From: the human T2T-CHM13v2.0 reference genome, Homo sapiens
Reading direction: 5' to 3' (one strand)
Assembly (NCBI RefSeq): GCF_009914755.1
Contig: NC_060927.1
Length of the DNA stretch: 64,000 nt
The position numbers and the translations under genes are program-made. Shown here piece by piece: positions 1 to 26,441 of the stretch. The notes beneath the pieces are model-generated. The model made no database searches. It worked only from the letters and a program-made list of their open reading frames with translations, and was not told where the DNA came from. Every line of letters begins with the position of its first letter. Position 1 is the stretch's first letter.

Positions 1-1965
1 AAGATACAGGTTATAAAATAAATATAAAAATTAGTTATGTTTTTGTACACTAACAAGAGCTATCAAAAAAGTTATTCAGAAGAAAATCCCATTTACAATA
101 GCATCAAAAAGAGTAAGATCCTAGGAATAAACTTAACCATGGAGATGAGAGATCTGTACACTGAAAACTATAAAACATTGATGAAATAAATTGAAAAATA
201 AACAAATGGGAAGATATTTCATATTTGTGGATTGGAGGAACTAATATTGTCAAAATATACTTATGATCCAAAACAATCTACAGATTCAATGCAATTTCTA
301 TCAAAATTCCAGTAGCATTTTTCACAGAAATAGACAGTAAAATCCTAAAACTCCTTTGGAACCATGAAAGACTCTAAATTTATAACAGAAGCAATCTTGA
401 TCAAGAAGAACAAAGCATCACACTTGCTGATTTGAAATTATATTACAAAGCTATAGTAAGCAAAACAGTATGGTGGCATCATAAAAATAGACATATAAGC
501 AAGAGGAAGAGACCAGAAATAAACCCATGCATATACAACCAATGGATCTTTCACAAAGGCAGCAAGAATACACAATGGGGACAAGAATAGTGTCTTCAAC
601 AAATTGTCTTAAGAAAACTGGATATTCACATGCAAAAGAATTAAATTGGACCATTATCTTACATCATACACAAAAATCAACTCAAAATATATTAAAAAAT
701 GAGACATAAGACCCGAAACTATATAACTCCTGAGAGAAAATATAGGGGAAATCTTTATAACATTTGTCTTGGCAATAATTTCTTGGATGTGACACCAAGT
801 GCACAGGCAATAGAAGCAAAAATAAAGTGGGACTACATCCAATTAAAGTGTATCTGCTCAGCAAAGGAAACAATCAACTGAGTGAAAAGGCAGCCTATGG
901 AGTGGGAGAAAGTATTTGTAAGCCATACATCTGATAAGGGGTTAATATCCAAAATTTGTAAGGAATTCATACAATTCTGTAGCAAAATATCAGATAATTT
1001 GGTTAGAAAATGAGCCAACGACTTAAGTAGGCATTTCACCAAAGAAGACATATGAATGTCCCACATACATTGATGTTGAAAAGATGTTCAACATCAATAA
1101 TCATCAGGGAAATGCAAATCAAAACCACAATGAGATAACTCTTCATACCTGCAAGGGTGGCTATTATCAAAAAAAGCAGAATGTGTTGGTGAGGATGTGG
1201 ATTGGCATCCTTTTGCACTGTAATGTAAATGGGAATGTAAAATGGTACAACTGTTGTGGAAAACAGTATGGAGTTTCCCCAAAAAGTTAAAAATAAAACT
1301 ACCATGTATTCCAGCAATCTTACTTCAAAGGTATTTATCCAAAAGAACTGAAAACAGGACCTGGAAGAGGTATTTCCAATCCCATGTTAACTGCGGTGGC
1401 ATTCACATTAGCCAAGAAGTGGAAACAAACTAATGTCCATCAACAGACAAATGGATAAAGAAAATGTGGCTTTTACATACAATGGAATATTATTTAGCCT
1501 TAAAAAGGAGAAAATCTTGTCATTATGACAGCTGAGTAAGCCTGGGGTACATTATGCTAAGTGAAATAAGCCAGACACCAAAAGGCAAATACTGTACGAT
1601 CCAATTATATTTAGAATTTGATAAAGTTGTACTGATGGAAACAAAGTAGAAGGGTGGTTACCGGAGGGCTTGGAGTGAAAAATAGGGAGATGTTGATCAA
1701 AGAGTACAAACTTGCACTTATAAAATCCTTAAGTTATAGAGACCTAATGTACAGCATAGTGACTATATTTAATAATATATACTTAAAATTCGCTAAAATA
1801 TTAGGTCTTAATTTTTCTTATCAGAAAAAATAATAGATAACTATGAAAGGTGATTGGTTTATTAACTTGATTGTGGTAAGTATTTTGCAATGTATCTATG
1901 TCAAAACATCATGTTATATACCTTGGTATATACAGTTTTTGTCAATTATACATCAATGAAGCTGG
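1..1965 (+). mobile_element. Old L1 (L1MA-type) 3' ORF2 remnant and 3' UTR, begins before the window
   Basis: Degenerate ORF2 C-terminal motifs (e.g. QLLWKTVWSFPKKLKIKLP in the ORF track) followed by an L1MA-like 3' UTR ending near catcaatgaagctgg. Confidence 0.85.
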
Positions 1966-2146
1966 TAGAAAGGGCAAAGGAGCTGATAATGCAGCAGGGT
2001 CAGTAGAGAGTTTTTGAGGAAAATTGGAAAAGCCAGAATGGATAAATCATGAAACATTAGAACACAACAAATTTCAGAGATCATCTAGCCCTATTCTCTA
2101 ATTACAGATAAGAACACAGAGGTCCTCTAGAGATTATACAGCTAGA

Positions 2147-2197
2147 AAGTTGAATAACCAGTATGAAAAATTATACTTCATACTGGTTATTCAACTT
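2147..2197. repeat. Perfect 21-bp inverted repeat with 9-nt loop
   Basis: aagttgaataaccagtatgaa (2147-2167) is the exact reverse complement of ttcatactggttattcaactt (2177-2197). Confidence 0.95.
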
Positions 2198-2770
2198 CAA
2201 TTCTTGATATTTTTCTGCTGTCTCTAAAATATTACAAAAATTTAATCCATATCGTTAGAATTATTTTATTAATCACTTCAAGTTCTTTCTGGAGGTAGGC
2301 AGGACACAAATAAGTAATATTCTTTTAATCCTGTTAATACTTTAAAAATGGCATTATGTGAACATTTCATTTTTAAAATGAAGGTTTGACTGAAAACACA
2401 TTATATGTTCAGTATTGCAGTCTTATAAGCATTGTTTACAAGTGAGATATTATCTAGAAAGTGAAAACGATGAAAATTAAAATTATAATATCAAAATTCT
2501 CCAACTCTGAAGACAGTGGTGATACAGATACTGTTGTTTTTCTCAAACCCAGGAGAGTTGCATAATCTGTGATAGCCTGCAGCTAAAAATGGATATATAT
2601 CTTCCTATAACCAAAGTATTGTAGAGCGAAAGTATGACAACTTTGGAAGAACAATCATTTTTCTCATTCACATGCAAACAATAAAACCAATTTCTATCAT
2701 AAGTAGCCGTTTATCTTCATTACTATTCCATATGTATTTATTCATACTGTTTCATTAAATTCTAGTATTG

Positions 2771-3065
2771 GGCTGGGTGCAGTGGCTCACACCTGTAATC
2801 CCAGCACTTTTGGAGGCTGAGGTGGATGGATTGCTTGAAGCCAGGAGTTTGAGACCAGCCTGGCCAACATGGCAAAACTCCGTCTCTATTAAAAATACAA
2901 AAATTAGCTGGGCGTGGTGGCACATGCCTGTAATCCCAGCTTCTTGGGAGGCTGAGGCATGAGAATCATTTGAACCTGAGAAGCAGAGGTTGCAGTGAGA
3001 CAAGATCACATCACTGCACTCTGGCCTGGGTGACAAAACCATACTCTGTCTCAAAAAAAAAAAAA
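2771..3065 (+). mobile_element. Alu (S/J family)
   Basis: ggctgggtgcagtggctcac dimer with A-tail; degenerate TSD aaattctagtatt / aaatctggtatt. Confidence 0.95.
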
Positions 3066-3311
3066 ATCTGGTATTATTCAAAACTCCTTGCATGTGTTGT
3101 GATTTTACCTTTTTGGGTACATCAGTCACAAAATAGATATACATTGTAATAAAAATGGATGCTTCATAAGAATTTATATTGGCTATACTCCATCTTAAAT
3201 ACCTTTGTTTTAATGAACGCAAAAACTATGTAATATTTTAATTCAGGAAGAATTGATCTTATTTTTTAATTTTTTCAAATTCTGCTATAACATTTAAAAA
3301 TAACATGTATG

Positions 3312-3620
3312 GGCTGGGCGCGGTGGCTCATGCCTCTAATCCCAGCTCTTTGGGAGGCCAAGGCAGGTGGATCATTTGAGGTCAGGAGTTTGAGACCAGC
3401 CTAGCCAACATGGTGAGACCCTGTCTCTACTAAAAATCCAAAACTTAACTGGGCTTGGTGGCAAGCACCTGTAGTCTCAGCTACTTGGGAGGCTGAGGCA
3501 GGAGAATCACTTGAAGCCAAGAGGCAGAGGTTTCGGTGAGCCAAGATAGCATCACTGCACTCCAGCCTGGGTGACAGAATGAGACTTTATCTCAAAAATA
3601 AATATATAATTAAATAAAAA
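3312..3620 (+). mobile_element. Alu (AluS)
   Basis: Full dimer; TSD aaaaataacatgtatg on both sides. Confidence 0.95.
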
Positions 3621-3964
3621 TAACATGTATGTAATACAGAAATCTTTGTAGAATTTATGTAAAATCAACACAGACTTTTCTTACTTTTTATTTAGCTTAT
3701 GAATGTCACTTAAAGCTATACATACCTATAATAATCGTACTGTTATTAAGTTGCTTAGAACTATTTATTAGGACTCTACAGGCCTTGGTGTTCTCTTTAA
3801 TAAATTCAGGTGAACTAGTAATGCTTATTTCTGCATCATTTCTGTTGTTCTAATGAAGTTCTCATTATGTTTTGTATGCACAGTTTAGTAGCTTTCTTAG
3901 TAGGTAATTATTCTGTTTCTGTTTTCTCTGCATCTCTTCCAAAACACAAATTAAATGTAAGACA

Positions 3965-4290
3965 TTGTCAGTCTGGCTGCTATAACAAATTACCGTAGAC
4001 TGGGTGGCTTCAACAACAAACATGTATTTCTCACAGTTCTGGAGGCTAAAAAGTCCAAGATCAAGGTGACAGCAGGTCCTATATCTGATGGGGGACTGCT
4101 TCCTGGTTTTCAGATGGCTATCTTCTCACTGTATCCTCACATGGTGAAGAGTCGAGGTAAAAAGAGCAAACTCTGTGCTATTTCTTATTGTAAGGACATT
4201 AATCCCATAATGAGGGCTGTCCTCTAATGACCTAATTACCTCCCAAAGTCCCCATCCTCAAATATAATCATCTTGGGGGTGGGACACAAC
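3965..4290 (-). mobile_element. MLT1 (MaLR) solo LTR
   Basis: ggctgctataacaaattaccgtagactgggtggctt...tctcacagttctggaggct...aagtccaagatcaaggtg hallmark. Confidence 0.8.
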
Positions 4291-4343
4291 ACTTTCTTAA
4301 TTCCTAGAATTTTTACTTTATAGTTATTTAAAAAGTTATTTTG

Positions 4344-10957
<6,614 letters not shown>

Positions 10958-11128
10958 TATTTATTTTGAACTCATTTAGACATATATTCTTATCACATCT
11001 CACATAAAAAAAGAAAATATAAGTGAAATAAATGTGGTTATGGAATTCCTAAAGCTTATTCATATAAACGTACTTTTCCTAAGTCTCTTTTCAATTCAGT
11101 CTTTGATGTTGATCTTTCCACATAATAT

Positions 11129-12300
<1,172 letters not shown>

Positions 12301-12734
12301 GAGTTCTTGAAATGCTTTTGTAGTGACTGTTGTCCAGTCATAGCATGAGAAAACCATATCTGTGCACTTTTGGGTGAGCTTATACTTTAAATTATCAAGT
12401 CTATTCATGTAGAGGCAATGACAACTACATCATGACTTTGAGAGGATATTGACTGGAAGATACAGTGTGGTTGCTGAGATGTTTAAATGTAAAAATATGT
12501 GCCTTGGAAATTATGAAGTATCTTATTTTTTGTGATACTCTTAGTTTTAAACAGACAATGACTCCTCTTTGCTTCCAGGATAATAAGGTCGATTAACCTA
12601 ACATGGTAAATAAGACTCTTCTGAGGTTTTTCCACCCTCGCCTGCTATGACCTTTGCTTCCCTTAAAAAGTGTTCTAACAGCTCAGCTCAATATTTTTGT
12701 ACGTTACATGCATGCATGTTTTCATGGAATTTCC

Positions 12735-13045
12735 TTTTCTTTTTTTTCTTTTTTTTTTTTTTTTGACAGACAAGGTCTCGGTCTGTCACCCAGGCTACAC
12801 TGCAGTGGCATCATCATAGCTCACTGCAGCTTCCAACTCCTGAGCTGAAGCAATCCTCATGCCTCAGCCTTCTGAATAATGGGAATATAGGTGTGCCCTA
12901 TAACACCCAGCTAATTTAATTATTTTTGGTAGGGATTGCATCTCACTATGTTGCCCAGGCTGGTCTCAAACTCCTGGGCACAAGTGATCCACTCACTTTG
13001 GCCTTCCAGAATGTTGAGATTACAGGCATGAGCCATTGCACCTGG
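12735..13045 (-). mobile_element. Alu (AluJ)
   Basis: Diverged reverse dimer with J-type features (tcatagctcactgcagc, aagcaatcctc). Confidence 0.9.
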
Positions 13046-13094
13046 CGAGTTTCCTCCTATGTGCTCCTTTGCTCCATCACCTTGGTAAAGTGAA

Positions 13095-13550
13095 CTACTT
13101 ATCTTTTCAGGTTCAGCTCAAATGCTAGCTGCTCCCTGCATCCTTCATGGAGCCCTCTTATTTTAAGAAAATTATTTTCTCATTTGTGTTCTCCTAGGTA
13201 TTTGTACATCTAACATCACACTGTATTACATTTATCAAGTATTTTATGGAACTTGGTATCTATGTTGTTCTGAGTCAAGAACAGGGATTGTTTCTTTTTC
13301 ATCTTTTGTTCCCAGTGTCTGACTTTTAATAGGAACTCAATACTTGTTTGAATTGATGTTTAAAGTCATCCATTTATTCAAAAAACATTGAGTATCTATA
13401 GTGTGCAAAATAATATGCTAGGAGTTCAATATAGGGTAATAAGTAGTACTCTTATTATCCCCAGGTAAGGGATCAGAGATTTTGAGTGGTTAACTAATTT
13501 GCCTAGTAAAGAGTGGTAGAGTTGTCTGGCTGAAAATTGAGTGTCCATAA
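13095..13550. mobile_element. Cluster of L2 3' end and MIR fragments
   Basis: ataggaactcaatacttgtttgaattga (L2 tail, +); catttattcaaaaaacattgagtatct (L2 tail, -); MIR-like core near 13450-13550. Confidence 0.55.
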
Positions 13551-15029
13551 CCATTCATATACATTTCCTTGAACTCAAGACTTTATAATTTTAAATAGCC
13601 ATTCTGTGTTTTCTATTTTTAAAATTTAATATTTTGTTTTTCTGCATTTTCTAGTTCAATATAACTAAGTTATGAAATAAAAAATTAAAAACAAAAGTTG
13701 AATGAAGCAAATATTGTACTCAGCATAGCTTTGCATTTGTCATTGTCTTTATGAACTAATTCTGGTCTACTTAGGTATGATTATATAGGGATCCCTTCAA
13801 AGGCTCTAGCATTCTTGTGAACACATTCACTTCCTCATTGTCATTTGCATCTTCTCTATGTGGCAGGAGTTTTGAAAACCAGCAAAGTGTTGGAGAAAAT
13901 GTAATGGAATCAATGAGAATCTGGTTTGAAAAGAATAAGCATTTTATGATCTATATTCTAAATTCTGGTAGCCTGGATAAAACGTATCAAATCTAAAATA
14001 CCAAGAGGTTTAAGTTAGATGCAATTGAAAATGAGTATCACTATTTAAGTAATAATGACATTTTCTTAGTGTTAGTTTATCTTCTCAGCGTTATCCACTA
14101 TGAGACCCAACATCCTAAGAAAATTTGAAAACCTTATCTACCATTTAAAAGTAATCTTTTAATCCCCTTAACATTTTATAATAGACTGTCATAATGAATT
14201 TTCATAAGCTTTCCATTGATGTGATGCCACAAACTTTCCCCTTTATAGCAACCCATTGGTTGCAAGTTGGACAAAATCCTACATGACTGAGTGACAGTAA
14301 TTACTTTCTTCTTTCTGTCATCTCTCTCATACTTCATTATTTGCATTATTAATATTGTCTAGTTTTTCTGTTTCTTTTTAGAAATTTTCTAAAGTAACTT
14401 TATTTTGTGAGGAATAGTTTAATCTAGATAATATATTCTATAAACTAGTTAGTTAAATGTAACTCCAATACATTGCATAATAGTAATTGTAAATGAGTAA
14501 CTGAAAGGCACATTTGTGAAGCCCTCTTAAGTTATGGCATCTCCCACCTTTTCAGCAGGAGACCTCACATATGACCAGCTTACATATGGTCTTAGTAAAG
14601 ATTCCAGTGTCAATTTCATATTAAGTATTAGTAAAGCCTATTTTTCTTACTTATTAAACAAAAGTAAATAGAATGTCCTTGAATGAACTCGTTATTGATA
14701 ATCTCATTCTTTCTAGATCTGTACCCCAACTATTTTCCCTCAGCTCAGTTGTTCACATAGACTGTCAATACCTGCTTTAGACTTAGAATTATCTGAATCT
14801 CTTTTGGTACAGGGAAAGACATCTGAAAGAAAGGAATACAGAGCCCAGAAATAGATTCATATGCACATATGTGAATTAGGGTAAAGAGCCATTTCGGACC
14901 AATTACTAAAAGATGAAGAATTAAATAAATATTATTTGATCATTGGTTAACTACTTAGATAAAAAGTAGAGTCTTCCATCTTATTCATTCACAAACACAG
15001 AAAATATTCCCGATACTCCAGATGGCTTA

Positions 15030-15332
15030 ATTTTTTCTTTTTCTTTTTTTTTTTTTTGAGTCTCACTTTGTCACCCAGGCTGGAATGCATGGTGCGATCT
15101 TGGCTCACTGCAACTTCTGCCTCTCTGGTTCAAGCGATTCTCCTGCCTCAGCCTTGCAAGTAGCTGGGATTACAGGCGCCTGCCACCACACCTGGCTAAT
15201 TTTTGTATTTTCAGTAGAGGCTGGGTTTCGCTATGTTGACCAGGCTGGTCTTGAACTCCTGACCTCAAATGATTCACCAGCTTCAGCCCCTCAAAGTGCT
15301 GGGATTATAGGCATGAGGAACCATGCCCGGCC
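15030..15332 (-). mobile_element. Alu (AluS)
   Basis: Reverse dimer ending catgcccggcc. Confidence 0.95.
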
Positions 15333-15399
15333 ACTGTTTTCTCCCTTTCTCTCACTATCCTCATTCAGTGAATACTGTTAGGTAGCAAAGAAACTGGAA

Positions 15400-17480
15400 A
15401 ACATATGGAAAAATCTAAATGAATATTGTAGAAAACACACTAGTGATAATTATGACAAATTTTGAGGTATAAATGCAAAATAGAACTATGATGCTGGCAA
15501 GAAATGAGATAAAGGCACAAAGGTCATCTGGATTAAAGCATTCTGTTATTCTGAAGAAGGTAGAGATATTGATTAATTTATACCTTGTTAAATCATGTAT
15601 TAAGAGTAGTATTAAGGGTAACTATTGTAATAAAAATAACATAAACTTGTCAAAACCAGTATAGAGAAGAAAAATATTAATTTGTTTTAATACAAGTTAG
15701 GAAAGGAGAAAATAAGTAAAGAAATAGCATAATAAATAAAAGGTGCACAAAAATGCAAGTATATCAGTGTCAAAGTAAATGAACTAAAATCACTGGTTAG
15801 CAGATCATATCTTAGATTGGATAAAAATGCAAATCCCAACTATATATTGTTTACAGGAGGCAGAGATAAGGAAACCCATAATATTAGAAAGGGTAAAAGT
15901 AAAGGGATGGTAAAAGTTATAACTAGGACCAAGCCAATCAGAAACATAACTACTATCTTAATTGCTATGTTAATAGTGGACCAAGTAGTTTGGTTCCACT
16001 AATTAAACTAGTAGATTGGCAAAGAACATTATTAGGGATAAATTGCATCATTACATAAGATGAGGAAGAATTCACCAACAAGATGTAACAAATCTGAACA
16101 TGTATATATTTAATAAGCAAAGAAACCTGACAAAATTATGGGGATAAATTGACAAATCCACAATTACTATGGGAGATTTTAACATAGCCCTTTAAGTAAT
16201 TAATATATCAACCATTTAGTATGGATAGAGAAAATTAACCCCACAATCATAAAATTTTATTTATAATTGTTGATACAAAGCTTGGTATAATGATTAAATG
16301 TACACCTTGCACCCAACAATTGAAAAATATGCATCATTTTTTTGCACACATATAACATTCACAAGTGTTGTTAAGTAGGGCCACAAAACAAAACAAATGC
16401 CAAAAAAATCAATATCACACAGATTATATTCTCTAACCAAAATACAATTACATTAAAAATCAATAATAAAATCTCTTAAATACCCCTACCTTCTGAATTT
16501 TTTAAATTAAGTAACTCTTGGGTAAAAGATGAATAGAAACCTTGTGTTTAAAACTAAATAATAAAGCAATACTGAGATAGGAATGTATAACCTTGAATGC
16601 TTGTATTAGAAAAGACTGCAAATGAATTAACTAAGCATCAACTTAAGAAGAGAAAAATAAGAGCAACAGAGAATGTCCAAAGAAAGTAAAAGGAAAGAAA
16701 GAATTAAGAAAAGTGCAGCTATTCATTAAATAGAATTCAAAAAACTGAAGGGACTCAAATTCTGGTTGTTTAATAAACTCTGACAAGATAAATGAAGAAA
16801 AAAAGAGAGGGCATAAACAAACTTCAAAGCAAAAGAGACAAATGTAGTAGATATACTAAAATTCATAAAATTTATGTTAAAATTAGAAAATTCCTCCCTT
16901 AGGCAAACTTTCCCAAAATGGGGGAACATTTTTTACTTTATTTAATGAAGTGATTTTATAATCTTGATATGAAAACCAGACAAAGACAAAAGGAGAAATA
17001 AAATAATAGACAAATCTTATTTATACACACATGTAAAAATATTAATTATTAATAAACAAAATACAGCAATGTATATTAAAAACTTATGAGGCATAACCAG
17101 GTAGGGATTATCCAGAATACAAATATAGTTTATTATTCAAAAATTCATGAATACAATGTGTACCCAATTAATACATTTTAAAAGAAATCCATATATTTAT
17201 CTCAGTATATGCAGAAAAGAATTTGATGAAATTAAACACCACATTATGATTAATATCAACAAAAAAAATCCTTTTGGTAAGCTGGTAATAGAAGGAAAAC
17301 AACTTTCTGTAGCCTTTTAATGGTCTCTACAAAAACCGTACTCCCAACATAACAAACATTCGAAGCATTCTCTTTAAAATTAGAAAAAAAAAAATCTACT
17401 ATCATGGCTTCTAGTCAATGTTATATCTGTCTTAGCCACCATAGTAAGACAGCATATGAATATTGGAACTAAACAAGCAA
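15400..17480 (+). mobile_element. Highly diverged L1M ORF2 remnant
   Basis: A-rich strand asymmetry with eroded ORF2 motifs (gggagattttaaca = GDFN; gcagaaaagaatttgatgaaatt = AEK.FD.I). Confidence 0.65.
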
Positions 17481-18396
17481 AAAAAGTTGTTACACACACA
17501 CACTTCATGTGAAGTGAAAGTCTAGCAAAGGGCAGAGACTCTGTAAGTAACACATAACCTGGCTCCAAAGTCTAACCTCAGTCACTTCTGCTTTACTGAC
17601 TGGTGACCCAGAAAGTAGAGAAAAAATTTATTCACTTCAGTTGCAATCCACATTGCGTTTTTGCCTTTATGCATTTTCTCATCAATTAAAGAATTAAACA
17701 CATTAAAACAAATATCATTAGTAAAAGTTTATATCTTCTGCTAGATTTGATTCTGTTTTTAGACTTTTTCACTCTTTCAACATGAAAAACAGTGTTACAC
17801 TGAATGTTTTTGGTCTTGCTATGTATTGGTTGGTCTTTTTAAAATTTATTTTATTACATTTGCATGAGTGGGATTAGTAGGTCAAAATTTTCGAACTATG
17901 GCTATTGAAATATATGGACAAATTTCTAAAGCAATTTGCAGTGGCCCTGGTAAGATATGTGACAAATGTAAGTAAGTGAGCTTCTAAATATATGATTAAC
18001 TTATAAATTAAAGGATTCTTTAAATGGTGCTTATACTTGGATAGTATGGTACATTAGTCTTTTTATTTTTAAGAAACAGACTTTGTATTGCAAAATAAGT
18101 TGCCAATAATTAGTTCTACTTGTATTTTATTTATATTTATTTATTACTATATACTTTTTTATTGAAGCCAGAATTTGGGGGCTTTGTTACACAATTCAAA
18201 CTTTTTATATGTTTAAAATTTTTCTAACAAAAAAGCTCTGAGAAATTTAATTAATAATAAATAAAAGCTGAAACTATATGAGATTTATTTAATTTTTAAA
18301 AATCTTGCATTTTTGTATGTTGAAATATTTTGCTGCATTTGATTTCCTGAGACAGAAGAAGAAAAGGTTCATTTAGTCATGCAATATATATACTCA

Positions 18397-18641
18397 AGAG
18401 GCAGTACAAACTAATGGGTAAGATCACAAACTTAGAATCAAACTGCTGACATTTAAATTCCAGCTCTACTGTGTACCAGTTCCAGGACGTGAGACAAATT
18501 GCTTTACATTTCTTAGCTTCAGTTTTGTCTGTAAAAATGAGCATAATAAGGTTGTTGGGAAGACTATATGAGCCATGTGTATAAAGCACTTAGAATAATA
18601 CCTGGTGCATAGTCAGCATTCAGTAAGGCTTAGCTGTTATC
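18397..18641 (+). mobile_element. MIR
   Basis: aaattccagctctact...cttcagttttgtctgtaaaaatgagcataataa...aaagcacttagaataatacctggtgcatagt. Confidence 0.8.
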
Positions 18642-18984
18642 ATGGGAAAATGTACTTGATGTATACCAGATGTGTGCTATATATTAGGTTAATAGAAATT
18701 ATAGTCACCTCTACTCCCCTTTGGCTCCATCATATTTTTCTTATTTTTAATTTTGGTGCATTTTATGCTCAGAGTGATTGTTGTTTCTATTTTGTTCCTT
18801 TATTTCTGGGTAGGTGGAAACAACGTGTTCAACATATGTAGTCTTTGTAGGATAGAGAGGGGGTGGGCATAGAAGATATCAAAGAGGAATTTCTCTGATT
18901 TTTGGTTTGAATTTTCTCTCCTTATACTCTTGAATCCTCATTCTGTTATTTTCCTCTTTCTTATTTTCCAGATTAAATGCCTTA

Positions 18985-19316
18985 ATGGATAAAGAAAAAT
19001 TGGATGTTAAGATTGAATATTGTAACTATGCAATGGATTCCTCAGTGGAAAACATGTATGTAAACAAAGTGTGGGTTCAATGTGAGAATGAAAATTGTTT
19101 GAAATGGAGATTGTTATCAAGTGAGGATTCAGCCAAGGTTGATCATGATGAACCATGGTACTGCTTCATGAACACTGATTCAAGATATAATAACTGCTCA
19201 ATTTCTGAAGAAGACTTCCCTGAAGAGTCTCAGCTTCATCAGTGTGGATTTAAGATTGTCTATTCACAGCTCCCTCTTGGAAGCCTGGTTTTGGTAAAAT
19301 TACAGAATTGGCCAAG
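18985..19316 (+). CDS. ZCWPW2: ZCWPW2 first coding exon (exon 18972-19316): zf-CW histone reader domain and start of PWWP
   Basis: Polypyrimidine tract and cag acceptor (18969-18971); ATG at 18985; WVQCENENCLKWRLL...WYCFMN...NC zf-CW signature; donor AG|gtaagg after 19316 (332 coding nt, phase 2). Confidence 0.95.
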
Positions 19317-20261
19317 GTAAGGTTTGTGTAGTTTTATGACTTTTGAAATGTAGTCTTGCTAGGTTTATGAATATTAAAAATCTTTTTGAAGACTAAACAT
19401 TTTTCTTTTGTCTACTTGTTTCTTGATTTATCATTGCTCTTTTCCATACTTCTTTGGATTTTTTTCTAGCTTTTTAAATGGGAAAGTTAGGTAACTGAAT
19501 TCGAATCTTATTTTCCTCCCAATATAGGCAATTAAAGCTATAAATTTTTCTCCAAGTAGTGTTGTAGCTTCCTCCTACAAATTTTGATATACTGTGTTTT
19601 ATTATTCATTTTGAAATATTTACTGATTTTCTTTGTGATTTCCTTTTTGAAATCCGTTTTTTAGAAGTGTGTCTTTAAATTACCAAATATTGGGGAATTT
19701 TAATGTGTCTTATTGCATTCTAATTTAAATCTGTTGTAATCAGTTCCACTGATTCTGATTGTATGGCCCACCATACCTTCTTGTGGCATATCTTATTAAT
19801 GTTTCACAGTCATTTGAAAAGCATGTATTCTATAATTGTTGCCTAGATACCTAAAATATTTTTTTCTTTAGATTTATGTAGATTTATTATATTCCAATAT
19901 TTCCCATTCTAGGTTGGTTTTCCCAAGTATGCAGTGTGCACTTTCAGTATATAACTTCAAGTCTTATTTTTAGCTAAGGTTTATTAAATTATAAACTATT
20001 ATATTTGTTCTGTTGCATTGCTTTGATTTTCTTATTTTAGGATTTTGATATTACTTATGGTGGCTATTTGTCTATCGTTTGTATTACCTTTTCTTGAACT
20101 GTTTTTCTCTTTTCAATTTTTATAAATTTAATTTTTTTTCTTTTTTTTCTGAAGGTATTATCAATTGTTCTTGTGTTTCTTCTAGTTTAGTCTTTTTTGT
20201 CAAAATTACAAAAAAATTTTTCATTAGTCATGTTTCTTCTCTTTTCAAATCTTTTTCTCTT

Positions 20262-20364
20262 TCTTTTAATTTTAATTTTAGGTTCCGGGATACATGTGCA
20301 GGTTTGTTGTATAGGGAAACTCGTTTCATGGGGGTTTGTTGTGAAGATTATTTCATCAACCAGG
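20262..20364 (-). mobile_element. Older L1PA 3' end, left part (host element split by the palindromic L1 insertion)
   Basis: ttttaggttccgggatacatgtgcaggtttgttg...ttatttcatcaaccagg; continues at ~26313. Confidence 0.8.
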
Positions 20365-24845
<4,481 letters not shown>

Positions 24846-25822
24846 ATTCAAGATGGATTAAAGACTTACATGTTAGACCTAAAACCATAAAAACCCTAGA
24901 AGAAAACCTAGGCAATACCATTCAGGACATAGGCATGGGCAAGGACTTCATGTCTAAAACACCAAAAGCTATGGCAACAAAAGCCAAAATTGACAAATGG
25001 GATCTAATTAAACTAAAGAGCTTCTGCACAGCAGAAGAAACCACCATCAGAGTGAACAGGCAACCTACAGAATGGGAGAAAATTTTTGCAACCTACTCAT
25101 CTGACAAAGGGCTAATACCCAGAATCTACAATGAACTCCAACAAATTTACAAGAAAAAAACAAACAACCCCATCAAAAGTGGGCGAAGGATATGAACAGA
25201 CACTTCTCAAAAGAAGACATTTATGCAGCCAAAAAACACATGAAAAAATGCTCATCATCACTGGCCATCAGAGAAATGCAAATCAAAACCACAATGAGAT
25301 ACCATCTCACACCAGTTAGAATGGCGATCATTAAAAAGTCAGGAAACAACAGGTGCTGGAGAGGATGTGGAGAAATAGGAACTGTTGCTGGGACTGTAAA
25401 CTAGTTCAACCATTGTGGAAGTCAGTGTGGTGATTCCTCAGGGATCTAGAACTAGAAATACCATTTGACCCAGCCATCCCATTACTGGGTATATACCCAA
25501 AGGATTATAAATCATGCTGCTATAAAGACACATGCACACGTATGTTTATTGCGGCACTATTCACAATAGCAAAGACTTGGAACCAACCCAGATGTCCAAC
25601 AAGGGTAGACTGGGTTAAGAAAATGTGGCACATATACACCATGGAATACTATGCAGCCATAAAAAAATGATGAGTTCATGTCCTTTGTAGGGATATGGAT
25701 GAAGCTGGAAACCATCATTCTCAGCAAACTTTCGCAAGGACAAAAAACCAAACACCGCATGTTCTCACTCATAGGTGGGAATTGAACAATGAGAACACAT
25801 GGACACAGGAAGGGGAACATCA

Positions 25823-26441
<619 letters not shown>

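Noticed and set aside
2755-3222. 155-aa ORF and similar Alu-overlapping ORFs (6913, 15085, 41378, 59555)
   Set aside because: Standard antisense-Alu translations (LSPRLECSG..., SASRVAG...) with no splice or start context
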